From Eledone cirrhosa (Eukaryota): DNA of 64,000 nt. Below the pieces are notes generated by a model. That model worked only from the letters and a program-made list of their open reading frames with translations. It did not search any database and had not been told where the DNA came from. The position numbers were made by a program, and so were the translations under genes. Below, one piece after another: positions 26,273 through 40,039 of this stretch; the first letter of the stretch is position 1, and every line of letters begins with the position of its first letter. The DNA lies in assembly GCA_964016885.1 (NCBI GenBank), contig OZ024740.1:378448001-378512000 (forward strand). Direction: 5' to 3'.

Positions 26273-28152
26273 TTATATATATATATATATATATATGTTT
26301 ATATGTATATATATAAAAATATATATGTTTATATGTAAAGTATTAAAAAAATAATGAATAAAACAATGAAACAGTTCCTTATATTAAACAAAAAAAGTTC
26401 ATTATTTAACGATCGTTTCTAGGACATATATGTGTTAGAAACTCTTGGTAGATTTATCTACATATGTTTATATGTATATATATATCAATGATGATTGGAT
26501 GTAGTGTGCCAGAAAGAAGACTGCATTGGTGTGGACATGTGATGCGTATGGAAGATGACAGCTGTATAAAAAGGTGCAGAGAAATCAGAGTGGATGGAAA
26601 TATGGAAGAGGCAGACCCCAGGAAGACATAGAATGAGGTTGTGAGGGCTGACCTTAAGCAGAATGTCACAACACAGATAACAAAGGACTGTGAGGGCTGG
26701 GGCTATGCTGTGCTGGTGAAAAACTGGCTCCTAATCTAAAACTTTACCTGACCTGACTCATCTTTCCCACCTTACAAACCACCACCCTGTAGTAACTATT
26801 CTCAGATCACTCTACACCCCTACTTCCACTCTATTCAGGATGCCTCCCTTTCCCTCCCTCCACACATGCACACTCAATCCAGAGTCACCACCCACCCATC
26901 CTCTCATTCTACTCTGGATTACTACTCTCTAAATCCTGACACACCTGTCATATACCCCCAATACCTGTTATCACCACAGTACTTTCCACACTACAAGAGG
27001 TCTCCCCTTCCATCAAATCCCTCCACATATGGCACCTGTCCATGGCATACACCCCACTCCTGCCTGTAGAGAGGGCTTTTCAGTTATGTTAATGATGATA
27101 ACCTCTCTAGTGCCAGTGCCACAATAAATGCACCCAGTATATCATGTTAGGTGATTGGTGAGAGGAAGAACACCCTGCTGTAGAAACCATGACAAAAAGG
27201 GTACAGCCTCTCGATTGTTGAGACACTACATAATAAACACACCCAATACACTCAAGTAGTTGGTGATAGGAAGGGTATCAAGTTATAGAAAACCTATCAA
27301 ACAACTCTTGCTAGCAGCGAAAATGACATTTAAGTATGATTATGATAAACATCATGAATCATTTATTGTCCATTTTCCCTGACCTGACCATGTCAGAACT
27401 TAATCAGAATTACTGTTTTCTTAGAAGGGCTGGGTGCCTGCATCTCGCTTACATACTCTGGAGTACACTGTGTACATTATTTCATAGCATCAGATAGATG
27501 TCTCATCCAGAGTAAAATGAGATTTTATCAATACACACAAGAACATGCACACACACACATGCATGCATACACACACAGAGACATATATCATCATTGTTTA
27601 ATATCCATTTTTCCACACTTGCATGGGTTAGATGGGTTATCACATAATGAAACAAGTCAGGTCCAGAGACCACATCATACTCATACGGATCTGTTTTTTG
27701 GCTTGGTTTTTATGGCTGGATGTCCTTCCTAACACCAGCCACATTACAGTACATTATATATATGATTGTGTTGTTATTTCTGTTTACCCTTTACATATAT
27801 ATACACTGTGTGTATTTGGTTTAGAATGGGTACACAATATGCCAGCATGTCGTAAGAAAGAACTAAATGGATTGGTGTCAGGACATGCAGCCGGCTGTAA
27901 AACATTGCCACCATAGAAAAGTCCACATAAAAAATGATGATGCTAATATATATATATATATGTATTCTATCTATCTATATATCATCATCATTTAACGTCC
28001 ATTTTCCATGTTTGCATGGGTTAGACGGGTCCTCCATATAATGATTCAAGTCTGGCCAGTTGGTTGCATCGTATCTTGCTCAAATGGAGCTGTATTTTGG
28101 CTTGGGTTTTCCAGCTGGATGCCCTTCCTAACACCAACCATGTTTATGTGTA

Positions 28153-28193
<41 letters not shown>

Positions 28194-28724
28194 TCATATA
28201 TTAATCACCTCATTTACACAGATGAAAAAACTATATATTTTCGCCTGTTGGTAGAAATTCCACCCTCTGTCCTAAATGCAAGCTATGAGTACACAAGAGG
28301 TGTAGTGAGATCCCAGTTGGGTTAGCTAAGAACATAGGTTTTACTTGTGGCTGTTGCACAGGAGCAGTAAGTATCAAACACTCACAGGAAACAAGTGCTA
28401 TCAAATTCTTGGAAGGTTCTGTAGAAGCAAAACATAAATGAACTGAGAGAGAAACTGGACATAAGAGGGATCAGATGCAGTGTGCAGGAGAGGAGATTGC
28501 ATTGGTATGGACATATGATGCATAAGCTGGATAACAGCTGTATAAAAAAGTGGTCGTGTAGATGCCATGACAAAAGCACCCACTCCACACTGTAAAGTGG
28601 TCATGTAGGTGCCACGACAAAAAACACCCAGTCTAATCTGTAAATGTAGTTGGCATTAGGAAAGGCATCTGGCCATAGAAATCAAGCCAAAATCAGTCCA
28701 ACATGAGTAGGACATGATGATAAT

Positions 28725-28910
28725 TGTTTCTACTTTAGGCACAAGGCCAGCAATTACCCAGTGCATTACTGGTACTTTATTTTATCGACCCCGTAAGGAT
28801 GAAAGGCAAAGTCAACCTCGGCGGGATTTGAACTCAGATCGTAAAGGGACGTAACTATGCTGGAAAGCATGGCGTCCGACCCTCTACCGATACTGCCAAT
28901 CCACCGCCCT
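28725..28910 (-). mobile_element. SINE family C, young copy
   Basis: Full length, with a perfect 21-bp TSD TGAGTAGGACATGATGATAAT (28704-28724 and 28911-28931). Confidence 0.92.
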
Positions 28911-29246
28911 TGAGTAGGACATGATGATAATGATGATTATATATATATATATCGTAGTTGCCGCAGATAATAATAGCTTATTTCATAGAAACTATGTAAT
29001 ATGCCTCCTGCAGCTTGATAACGTCTATCTTCCCCATTTAGTGGCTGTTGCGGTCATGTTCAGTTTGCCAAGTTTCGGAAGGTGGGCAGTCCATGTTCAG
29101 TTTGCCGAATTTGGAGAGAGGGTTGTGGGTTGGTTTAGCAACAGTCATGAGTGCAGGCTGGCATTTGGTTTAGAGTGTTTGCTAAGTGTTTTGTGAATTG
29201 ATTGGAGCAATAATGAACTTATTTACGTAAATACATATATATATAA

Positions 29247-29250
<4 letters not shown>

Positions 29251-29327
<77 letters not shown>
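29251..29327. repeat. (AC)n microsatellite
   Basis: Uninterrupted AC run of about 76 bp. Confidence 0.98.
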
Positions 29328-29331
<4 letters not shown>

Positions 29332-29638
29332 AGAAATAACATTGACATGCACTACATATGCACACGCATAACAGTACCAATGATAAGTCTGGACTTTCCA
29401 CCTCAACTCCCATCTCACACCCATCTTAAAAAAAGCTCTTTTTCTTTTTTTCTTTCCAACCTTCCAGCCTCCATTTCTTCAACCTCCTCTCTCTCTCTGA
29501 AATTTGCTCTTTCCTAATGAAGGACTAATGTCGAATATGGTGAAACATTTCTTTATTTCTTTATCTTCATTCCCAAGTGTGAAACTAATAAGACTTTGTT
29601 TTTGTATCTTTGTTTGTCTTTATTCTTGATCTATATAT

Positions 29639-29814
29639 AATTGTTTCTACTTTTAGGCACAAGGCCAGCAATTACCTAGTACATTACTGGTACTTTATTT
29701 TATCGGCCCCATAAGGATGAAAGGCAAAGTTAACCTCGGCGGGATTTGAACTCAGACTGTAAAGGGACGTAACTATGCTAGAAAGCATGGCGTCCAACCC
29801 TCTACCGATAATGC
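29639..29814 (-). mobile_element. SINE family C
   Basis: Matches 28725-28910, with a slightly truncated head. Confidence 0.88.
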
Positions 29815-29847
<33 letters not shown>

Positions 29848-30160
29848 CATCATCATCGTTTAACGTCCATTTTCCACACTAGCATGGGTTAGATGGGTTC
29901 TCCCATTTGAGGTAAGTTGGGTCAGGTGACTTACTCATATAGAACTATTTATATAATTCTCTCTCTCTCTACACACACATACACACATATATATATGCAA
30001 AAATTATACAGAAATAACAAAGCAAATGACATGTATATATATATATATATATATATATATCAATGAAAGAAGAGTTACTTGATTTGTAATCAACTGATTC
30101 TTATATATAACAGATGCCAAGCACTCTAGGGTATAAATTTATCCTGAGTATTATTATAAT

Positions 30161-30340
30161 AATTGTTTCTACTTTTGGCACAAGGCCAGCAAATACCCAG
30201 TGCATCACTGGTACTTTATTTTATCGACCCCGTAATGATGAAAGGCAAAGTTAACCTCGGCGGGATTTGAACTCAGAATGGCAAGGGCCGTAACTCTATG
30301 TGTCAAAGCATGGCGTCCGACCCTCTACCGATACTGCCAC
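30161..30340 (-). mobile_element. SINE family C, inserted directly beside a foldback element
   Basis: Matches the family C consensus. Confidence 0.88.
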
Positions 30341-30604
30341 TTTATATTATCTCTATTTATTTTATTATATATATTTCGAAGATGCCAAGTTTTATGTATA
30401 ACATAAACCAAAACACGTCCTCTTCAGACAAAATACATACGAGATGTATAATTTTTTCATGATATGCTGGTAGACAAAAGAGCTGCTTGGTGGTCATTGA
30501 TCATATGTATTTTGTTTGAAGAAGACATGGTTTGGTTTATGTTATACATAAAACTTTGCATCTTTGAAATATATATATAATAAAATAAATAGAGATGATA
30601 TAAA
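30341..30604. repeat. Foldback element (arms about 100 bp) carrying hammerhead motifs in both arms
   Basis: 30341-30440 is reverse-complementary to about 30505-30604. Followed by long (TA)n tracts. Confidence 0.85.
30360..30433 (-). ncRNA. Type I hammerhead ribozyme motif with canonical core
   Basis: TTTTGT-CTGAAGA-GGACGTG..TTTATGT-TAT-ACATAAA..GCATCTTC-GAAA-TATATA-TA-ATAAAA. Intact CUGANGA and GAAA, stem I TTTTGT/ATAAAA, palindromic stem III, UA cleavage site. Confidence 0.7.
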
Positions 30605-30632
30605 GTATATATCTTTTGTTTATTACTATTAT

Positions 30633-30930
<298 letters not shown>

Positions 30931-32299
30931 TGTGTGTATCCCAAGTTTTAGAATAGGTACATTGTCTCCCTACATGTCACAAGAGGTGACTGAAAGGGCA
31001 TACGGCAATAAAACATATTCTCCCCACCCCAAATTCCATCCCACCCATGCCAGCTGGGATAAAGCAAATTTAAAAGGATGCTGAATGATGTTGATACATT
31101 TTTACATCTATATATAAATACTTACACACACACACACACACTTGTATGTTTTGCTAATTTCAATATAAAACAAAATATCTGTACTTAAATTTATTTGAAC
31201 ACATGCATACATATACTCAGACATATATAAGCACATGTACACATACACATAAGTATATGAAGAGAATAAACAATTAAAATGTATATGGATATTGAAAGAG
31301 AAAGAAATTATATTGAGAGAAAGAAGAAAAAAGTAAGTAAGGTATACTAAGTTTGGTAAAGAAAGTGTAAAATCACAGCTGACAATACATTTCTAATAGT
31401 CATTCCAGATATAAGAAAAAGAAATATATAAACACTAACAAACGTACATTCTTCACAGATTGTCCCCAGAAACATACTTTATGGATTAGATTCAGAAGGA
31501 CAAGACAAATAGTATTACCTATAAAGTTGTATCAATGTTCTTAAGCCAGCCTGCCTCCTGTTTAGTTCCTCATTCAAATTTCATTTAGCGTTTGACTAAC
31601 TGTTACTGAAGTCTCTATTGCCCATTCCTTCCTACAGTCACTCACTCACACCTCTTGCTGATTTTTTTTTTAGTAAATATAGATTCTGCCTGCCTTATTT
31701 CTCCAACCCTCACCCACCACCATCACCACTGCCACCACCACTATTCCTGTTTCTGAACCAGATGCCCATCCTCACCTTTCCTTTCTCTTTTGCTTCATGT
31801 CTGACTTCCTTACTCACTCAGCTGTTTCTATGTTGATGAATAACAGGAAGAATGTAAAAAATAGAAATGTATCATTATATACAGATGAAGAAGCTGTATT
31901 TCTGTATATCTGTCTACCTGTCTGTTAGTCCATCTCTCTCTCTCTTTTGCTCTCTCTCTTTCAAACACAAATATGTACATGTATGTTTGTAAGATGTATA
32001 TATGTGGGTGTGTGTATAAGGATGTGTGTGGAAGTTTTAATAAAACTTTTATTTTTTATTAACATGAATCCAATAGATTATAATTAGACATTTAGACATA
32101 AAACCATTTATTACTTATGAAACTGATGTAGATATCTATTATTCTTAACTCAGAATATTTCTTTTTCGTCCCTTTCAATTTATCATTTTCCTTATCACTA
32201 ATCTATTTAAATTTACCCCCCCCCCCCCCCTCGACAACTATTACCACCACCACCAACACCACCACGACTATCATCAAAATCACCACCCCAATCCAATGC

Positions 32300-32510
32300 A
32301 GGAGCCTCTATGTGGTCATTCGGCCGGCTAGAAACAGCAGTCAAATCTTTCTCAAACTGTAACCAACCATTTTAGATAAGGGCACATTGGATATTGTCCT
32401 GGCCTCCCTACCCTGCACATAGAAAAAAGATGGGATGCCCACAACTGGAATTTCTTTAATTATAGGAGTGTTCCATCAAGGCTGACTCTGTGTTAACAAC
32501 CACAACATCA
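32300..32510. repeat. Unclassified interspersed repeat, with an inverted related copy at about 14230-14410 and a partial copy at about 60185-60245
   Basis: Shared GGAGCC..GCTAGAAA-A-C--CAAATCT-TCTCAAA and TGGAAT..TAGG..TCA-GGCTGAC segments. Confidence 0.55.
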
Positions 32511-34035
32511 CAACCCAAATAACTGCTATTTCCACTGATAGCTTTATCTCTGTTGTTATAATATTTCTTGGATATCTCATGCAGGAATTTATTCCACATA
32601 AATAAAGTTTACATTTTGTTGTTATAACAACATAGCTATTAAAATACAAATACACATTTCATATATTAAAGATTTCATCTCAGAATAGCTGGTGCTCTAT
32701 GGGAGTGATACTGTGTTTTATTTTTATATGAAGGAATTAAGAGATAAATCAAGAGAGACAGAAAGTGGGGAAGAAATAAAAAAAAAAATGAAATATGAAG
32801 AGCAAAATAAAAAAGATTTAGTAAAATTGATCCTCTTTGAGAAGAAGGAAAAGAATTTAAGCAATTTTCACTTGCTTCATTAATATATCCCTTCAGTACA
32901 AACACAACTGGGTGGTTAAGAAAAGTGCTTTGCAATTATGTAATTCCAGGTTTATTCGCAGTACACAAGTGAGTTCTACTATAGGAGTGAAATATGCTCT
33001 ACAGAAACTAAGGAGAAACTCATCATTTATATATATATTAGAAAGTTGGGGCCTGACTGCTGGACTCTTGTCGTTTGTTTCATTTGATATATATATATAT
33101 ATAAATTTATAGAGTACTTTTCGACACTCACTATTTCTGTTTTCATCAACAGATTACTATCATTTTATATATATATATACACATATACTGAGGTTGTTGA
33201 TTAATAAGATTTCAAATAACAACAAACACTTACAAATGGGAGGATTCAATGTTGATATTCACATTTGTGTATACATATATGTATGTATATATATTCATAT
33301 GCGTACATATATATATATGCAACTCTATCTTTGTTTTCTTTGTTAAAGCATTCTGGTTGAGTGCTTCTGGCATATTAATTTTTTCTATTTGAATCAGGCC
33401 TGGCATACCTCCTCTTTGATTAAAAGTCACATGTCACTGAAAGTTGAGGTCTACTACTACACTCGTTTATCCATCTGCATGTTGTATCAGCTGGCTAAAC
33501 AGACCTTTCGATTGTGGGGAGGCAAACTCCTGCTGAAGACATGATTCCTGCCAACTTACATAATGTATGATAACATTACCTAACTTCTGCATATGGTGGC
33601 TCCATTCTCTCTGATCGGAATCATAAAAACTGATGCATTGATCCAGGTAACTCCAATTTCCTACCCACATGAAGTTGTTTTCCTCACTGATTAATGTATA
33701 TGCTCTAATTGGTTGAGTTTGTATTTTAATAATACAGACTTAATTGAGTGAGTGAGAAAAGAAACGAAGCTGTGTCCATTCTATTTGATAGGCTTCATTT
33801 CATAATTATATATCATCATTATCACCGTTTAATGTCCATTTTTCCATGCCAGCATGAGTTAGATTAGTTGTCCAGATGTGAACCAAGCCAGATCAGATAC
33901 CATGTCTTGCTCACACTGGACCAATTTTTGCTTGGCTTCTACATTTACAGTGTGTGCTGGGTGCTTTTTATTGTGGCACCAAAATGACCACTTTACAGTG
34001 TGGACTGGGTGTTTTTTGTTGTGACACCTACATAT

Positions 34036-34462
34036 ATCATCATCATCATCGTTTAACGTCCATCTTCCACGCTAGCATGGGTTAGACGGTTTTGTTCTAT
34101 TTGATGCGGGAATAGTCGGGAGACCGTGTCTCGCTCGTATGGAAGTGTATCTGGCAGGTTTTCTACAGCTAGATGCCCTTCCTAACACCAACCACATTTA
34201 CAGTGTGGACTGGGAGCCTTTTTACCGTGTCTCCTATACGACCACCTTACAGTGTTGACTGTTGTGTCATCAACGCAGTGGACGGAACGGAAATGGGAGG
34301 ATAGGGTAGGGTGTGTGAGGTGGGGTATATATTGGGTTAAGAGGTGCCTACTGACTGTAGGTTTGTATGCAAGGGCAGGCGGGTCTTCTGTACAACTGCA
34401 TGGCACCAAAGATCTCGATCCAGTGACATTGTCTTGGTCTACCCACTCCGTAGCCATCAATT
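34036..34462 (-). mobile_element. RTE 3' end (third subfamily), internally deleted
   Basis: (CAT)n-GTTTAACGTCC tail. The reverse complement contains GACAATGTCACTGGATCGAGATCTTTGG, as in the other RTE copies. Confidence 0.85.
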
Positions 34463-35375
34463 TATATATATACATATGTAAGAAATAAAAAACAAGCAAA
34501 CAAGAGGATGCAATAACAAAGTTGTAAAGTTGTATTAGTTTCATGTTTGGAGGAAGAAAAGTTAGTTACATAATCAATATATCAGGCATTTGCCCTTCAT
34601 CAGGTAAAACACAAAAGGAAAAGCGCAAAGAAAATAAAAAATAAAAAGGAGATGGAGAGGAGCGGGAGCACTGGTGCATGGGAGAGTGGTTCAGCATGTG
34701 GTTGTGGGGATGCAGACATGCAGTTGGTGGTTGCGTTTAGGTGGGGTGCATATTACGATGCGTGTGTGGGTGTTAAGTGTGCTTTCGGTGGAAGTGTGTG
34801 TGTGTGAATATGTGTGCGCATACATTTGTATATGTGTAGACATGCATACACACATGTCCCTATGTGTGCACACATGTGTTAGTATGTGTTTCCATGTATT
34901 GGTGAATGCATGTGTGTCTGTATATGAAAGGGTTGGGGTGGGTTTTTGAATCTAGTATGGTTCAAGATGGGTTTTTGGCTCCAGGCTGGTAAGTCCAAAG
35001 TCAGAAATGGTCGTATGTAAAGTGGAAGAGAATTGAATTGCAGGTAGTTACAATGAGTGTATGGGTGGTATGTGGGTGGTATGTGTGTGTATGCGTGCAT
35101 GTGGAAGATGGTCGTGGCAGAGTTCTAAGGGAGAACTATGGGGTGGTGGGTGTTATATTCAGCGGTTATAGGGTGTATAACTTAAATAATGGATAAAATA
35201 TGGAGTGATGAAATATATATCAGACTGAAATAAATACTTGAATGGCTATGATTAACTAGAAAAAAAAAATCCTGAATGTGATAAGAAATATTTACGAAAT
35301 GTAATAAGATTTTGAAAATTCTTGTGTATTGAATGAATTATATCTATGGACTTACCACTTCAGAGCTTTGTTACT

Positions 35376-35916
35376 TATAATAATAATAATGAAATTATTG
35401 TGGAAAGTGCTCAGGTGCACTACAACTCGTCAATATAGTACATAGAATAATACACAAATGTCAGGGAAGTACATGTGTGTATGTGTTAGCTGTTCTGTTG
35501 GCGGATCTCGGGAAGCATGGAGGCCTTAAAGGATGCAGTGTCTCGACAGCTAACAACTGATGCAGGTAGTTTGTTCCATACTTCAGCAACTCTGAGCGTG
35601 AAAAAATGTTTCCGAAAGTCATGGGAACTGTGCTGTTTTCTTACTTTGTGGGCATGCCCACGTGTGTTAGACACATGGAAATCGAAAAGGTACTCAGGGT
35701 TGTTGTTGGCAACATGGTTAACAATTTTGTGGGTGTTTACCAAGTCAGTTGCCAGGCGTCGGAGTTTCAATAAATCCATGCCCAGGGAAGCAAGGCGCTC
35801 AGAGTATGGTAGATGCCTGATGGAGGGTATTCGCTTGGTTGCACGTCTCTGAACAGTTTCCAGGCGGTCAATGTCCTGAGCAAGATAGGGGTTCCAGACT
35901 GGTGATGCAAATTCCT
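35376..35916 (-). mobile_element. CR1-clade LINE 3' end, 5'-truncated, (ATT)n tail
   Basis: Open frame EFASPVWNPYLAQDIDRLETVQRRATKRIP...LPYSERL...LRRL...TRGH...RKHFFTLRVAEVWNKLP. (TAA)n run at 35376-35390. Confidence 0.92.
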
Positions 35917-36729
35917 TGACTTATTTCTTTCTACTCCTTAAACAAGGTATACTTATGTATTTAACTTTAATTCCTCTTTATATTCATTTATTTATATATA
36001 TTGTACCTTGTGATAAAGTTTTCAGGAAGTTCAGCACTCCACAATTATAGCAATAGCATTGAATATATTTAATTTTTGGAGCACTGGATTGGTGTGCCAT
36101 ATATTACTAGATAAATGAAAAATCATACAAACTAGGAAATTTGTGCTTCGATAAAGTAATGGTTTGCATGAGAGAAACTCTATAGCTTATGTGGATTACC
36201 GACACATCAAAATGATGAAAGATAAAAATGATATTTTAATTTATTTCTCAGATATAATTATATAAATGATCAGCATGTGTGTATATGGAATTAAATTATG
36301 AATAACTTTGGAGAAATAATTATTTATATGGACAAATGTAGTGTCAGAACCTTATGATTAGAAAGCAAACTTCTTATTGTAGCAACATAACTGATATAGG
36401 AAATGTATTGTGTGTATGTTTGTATATGTACATTTTAAAGAGTTACAGACAGAGGTAAATATTTAAATATACAAACACATGCAGCATGTTATTATGGTTG
36501 ATACTAATTGTAGAAGAAAATAGTAATAAGACATCGGAAACTTTGCAGATAAAATCTCTATTTGCCATTTAAAAAATTAAAAAATTATTGATATAGCTTG
36601 AAATGTATGAGTTCCATTTGTATATAGTGTTAACATTTTCTTAATCAGTTAAACCTGTTAATTTTTATTCAATAAATTTCAGTTGGATTATATAATGTTT
36701 GCATATAAAAAAAACAAAAGAGAAAAAAA

Positions 36730-37085
36730 TGACAAAGGCACTGATGCAGAGAATAGACAATGACTGCTGTTATGTTAGCCACTCTACCTCATGAGACTTC
36801 TTCCTCAGACAGGATACACTCCTCTCAATTTTGTGGAGAAAAACAGCAGTTCAGGGACTGGGGAAAACCAGAAGTCTCAATGGTGGCTGGCACAAAAGGG
36901 AAGTGGGCAGCCAAATCCTGGCATTCAGCTATCTTCCTCTCCTCCACGTTACAGATGGCAGTACCCAGATTTGTGGCTGAAACAATAAAGCTGGAGGCAG
37001 AGAACATGTTGCAATACGTGGCACCTCATATTAGAGAATTACCTCCTTCAAATAGGAAGAGGTTTTGTGGTCAAAATTGCCTGTG
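36730..37085 (-). mobile_element. Decayed C-terminus of a CRE-like non-LTR retrotransposon (restriction-like endonuclease)
   Basis: FEGGNSLI*GATYCNMFSAS...EERKIAECQDL...FPFVPATIETSG...EVEWL matches the G-SL-WDAT...E-RK--KY...F-FVP-A-ET-G pattern of CRE RLE domains. Confidence 0.7.
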
Positions 37086-37994
37086 ATATATTTAAAATGA
37101 TGAAGGTGAAAAAGTGAAAGTGTAATACTATTCTCTACTATACACATATATATATATTTATTTACACACATAAACTTTCACATTTACATATATACTTCTC
37201 ATTAAACTAAATAGACAATGGCATGCCTCTTTATGATGCTAGATTTGAGAAATGTTTGAGATCCTCACTTACATAAGTGTCAGAATTTAAATATTGACCT
37301 AGAAAGAATTCTGGCCTCTGGTTGGTTGCAGTCACTTATTAGTGGTGTCATTCAATAACATAAAACCATTTAAAGGTTGTCTATTACTGAAAGATTGGTT
37401 GGCAAAATAATACTTACTGTTCAACAATGTACACTGATTCAAATAATACTCACACACATATATCATTATCGCTATCCTCGTTTTGCATCTGCTTTTCCAT
37501 CCTGGCATAAGTTGGATGGGTCTATTCCAACATAGTGTCCCTGATACACACATCAACATAGTAAACTGCCAATTTTGCTGTTATATTACATTTCTTGGCA
37601 TAGTTGTTATAATAGAACCTCATCATCGTCATCATTATCATCATTTTTATGTCGACGTTTCCATGCTAACATGGGTTGGACAGAACTTTTTGAGGCAATA
37701 TTTTACAGCCAGATGTTCTTCCTGACACCAACACTTTCAGTTGCTTCTTATGACATGCAGGGACACAGTACACTTATACTAACCCAAATATAAATTATTT
37801 TACAGTCTGGTATGTGTGTATTTTATCAGGCTATCAACATTATTTAAGATATCTGAGACAGGACTAAAGTGTTTGCTCTACCTTGTATCATTTGAATTCA
37901 AAATTACTGCTTTCCTAGATGGATATATCAATTGCCCCTCTGGTTCATGGAGTCCATATATTCACACTTCTTATATATATATATATATATATAT

Positions 37995-38210
37995 CCTTAT
38001 AATAAAGAAGGTGTGGTAAGGAACCAGGTGGACCATAATGCACCAGAGTACTTGATGCTTAGGGTAGTAGAGTGGGTAATAGGAAAAGAGTCAGGACCTC
38101 GACGGCTGAGCTCCAGTCGTTTCGACAGCCAGATCTGAACTCTAGAGTTCAGATCTGGCTGTCAAAACGGCCAGAACTCAGCTGTCGGGGTCCTGACTCC
38201 TTTCCTATAT
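37995..38210. repeat. (TA)n-flanked element ending in a hairpin of about 130 bp
   Basis: 38079-38208: ATAGGAAAAGAGTCAGGACC...GACAGCCAGATCTGAACTC-TA-GAGTTCAGATCTGGCTGTC...GGTCCTGACTCCTTTCCTAT. Confidence 0.85.
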
Positions 38211-40039
38211 ATACTTATATATATGCGCGCGCACACACACACACTGTGCATATCCTGGTTTTTAGAATAGAATACTATCTCCTTTTATGCTGTAAGAGGT
38301 GGCTAAAACAGTTGGTATGAAGATGGGTATCCAGTTAAAGAAACCATGCCAAAGTCAGAATGTATGTGAGACATGGCCCCTGGCCTATCTGGGAGAATAG
38401 TAGCTCCAATTAACTACTACCTTTGCACATGTGTGCGTGCGCACATACACACACACACACACATAGTTCAAGTTCTTCACACATACAATGATACAAAAAT
38501 CTTGGAGACATCAACAGTGTTGTATCCTGGAGTCACAGGGTGCTTCAGATCTTACAACATTCAGGCCATTGAAAAACTGCCTCAAAAAATGTTCTACAAT
38601 CCATGCTAGCATGGAAGAATGAATGTAAAAGTGATGATTATGGTCATATATATCTATTTAATATTATTTTGCACACACACACACGTTACATTTATGTTGA
38701 GTCATATAGGATTTTTATTAAATAATAATATTACTGAGTTCCTTCCTCAAATTCTTTTTACTGCTAATAACTTCAAAGTCTTATACACTGCAACATATAC
38801 AGATATTCTACACACTTGTATTTGTTTGAATTCTGTTATTCTTTCATTTTTATATTTGCTGCTTTTATTCTTCATCAGTTTCTGAAACCAGTATGTATAC
38901 ATGTCAGAAGTAAAGAACAGATGAGTAAAGTTGTTATATTAGAGCTGTATAGGATTGGTATTTTATTATATGGATATAACAGGATGGAGGAGAGAGTTAC
39001 ATGCTCACTTCTTCTCACACACCTACTTTCTGCACTGGTATTCCTACTCACATACCTACTTTATATGGAGGATTCTTGTTATAAATAGATTCTAGTATTA
39101 TTAATACAAAATCCCTTTCACATAGAACATCTATATTATAATGACTATTTCAATCCATTAACTTAAAGGATAACAGTATTACAGTAATTTGGTAATATTA
39201 ATGTTTTGTTAGGTATGCCTGTAAGAAAGAGAAAAAACATATAGATTTTGAAAATGTAACTAAAGTGTAGCATTCAGTGTTGTTCATCAAATTTTTCAGC
39301 CTAAGAATGTTACTTTCTATTGTATTATTCTATTATTGTAGATGGTTGAATGCTTAAGAAGTTTGCTTCACAATCATTAAGTCCCAGGTTTGATTCCAAT
39401 GTGTAGGATTTGGGACAAATGTCATTTGCCATAACCTTAGGTTGACCCAAATGTTGTATGTGAAACTGTTTGGAAGCTTGCTGGATGGACTGTACCTGTA
39501 TTCCAAAGGCCAGTTTAGTCACACACCTTGTCATACTTGAGAATTACCTTAAGGGTACAAATGTCAATGGAATGCTCAGTTAATTTCACAAGCAGAGTGC
39601 TTTGTTGTATATATATATGTGAGATGTGAGAAAAACCACAGACCCTCCATCTCAACTCTACTTTTGAAAAGCAGAAGAACTGCGAAACTGGTAAAGGAAC
39701 CAAATAAATATATATATTTTTTAAAAATAAGACTCCAGTTGCATTTTCGATTTCATCTTTTTTTCTTTATACTTTCACTCATGTAGGACACCTCGGTTAT
39801 TTTTCATTTTGTAAAAAAAACCTCACTTTCTAATATATATATATATATATATATTGGAAAATGTGTGTAATCCTTGGTACAGTTAGGTATATTAAGACAG
39901 GGTGGAAGAAAAAAATGGCTTCACTTGTGCTTTCAACAAATTTATTTTCTTCACAAAATCCAAAAATAATTTTTTTCCGGATTAGAACATCCCAATAACA
40001 ACACTGAGAAAACCAAACCCACAACATAAAAAAGAAAAC

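Noticed and set aside
33110-33160. Minus-strand TTGATGA...TGTC-GAAA-AGTACT hammerhead-like motif
   Set aside because: The core is mutated, stem II is weak and there is no convincing stem I. Too degenerate to call.
34640-35350. Possible additional Penelope remnant upstream of the 34.6 kb hammerhead-like motif
   Set aside because: Mostly GT-rich low-complexity sequence, and no ORF motif can be read with confidence.
36760-37086. 108-aa + strand ORF as a host exon
   Set aside because: The opposite strand carries recognisable RLE retrotransposon motifs, and I see no homology or splice support for the + frame.
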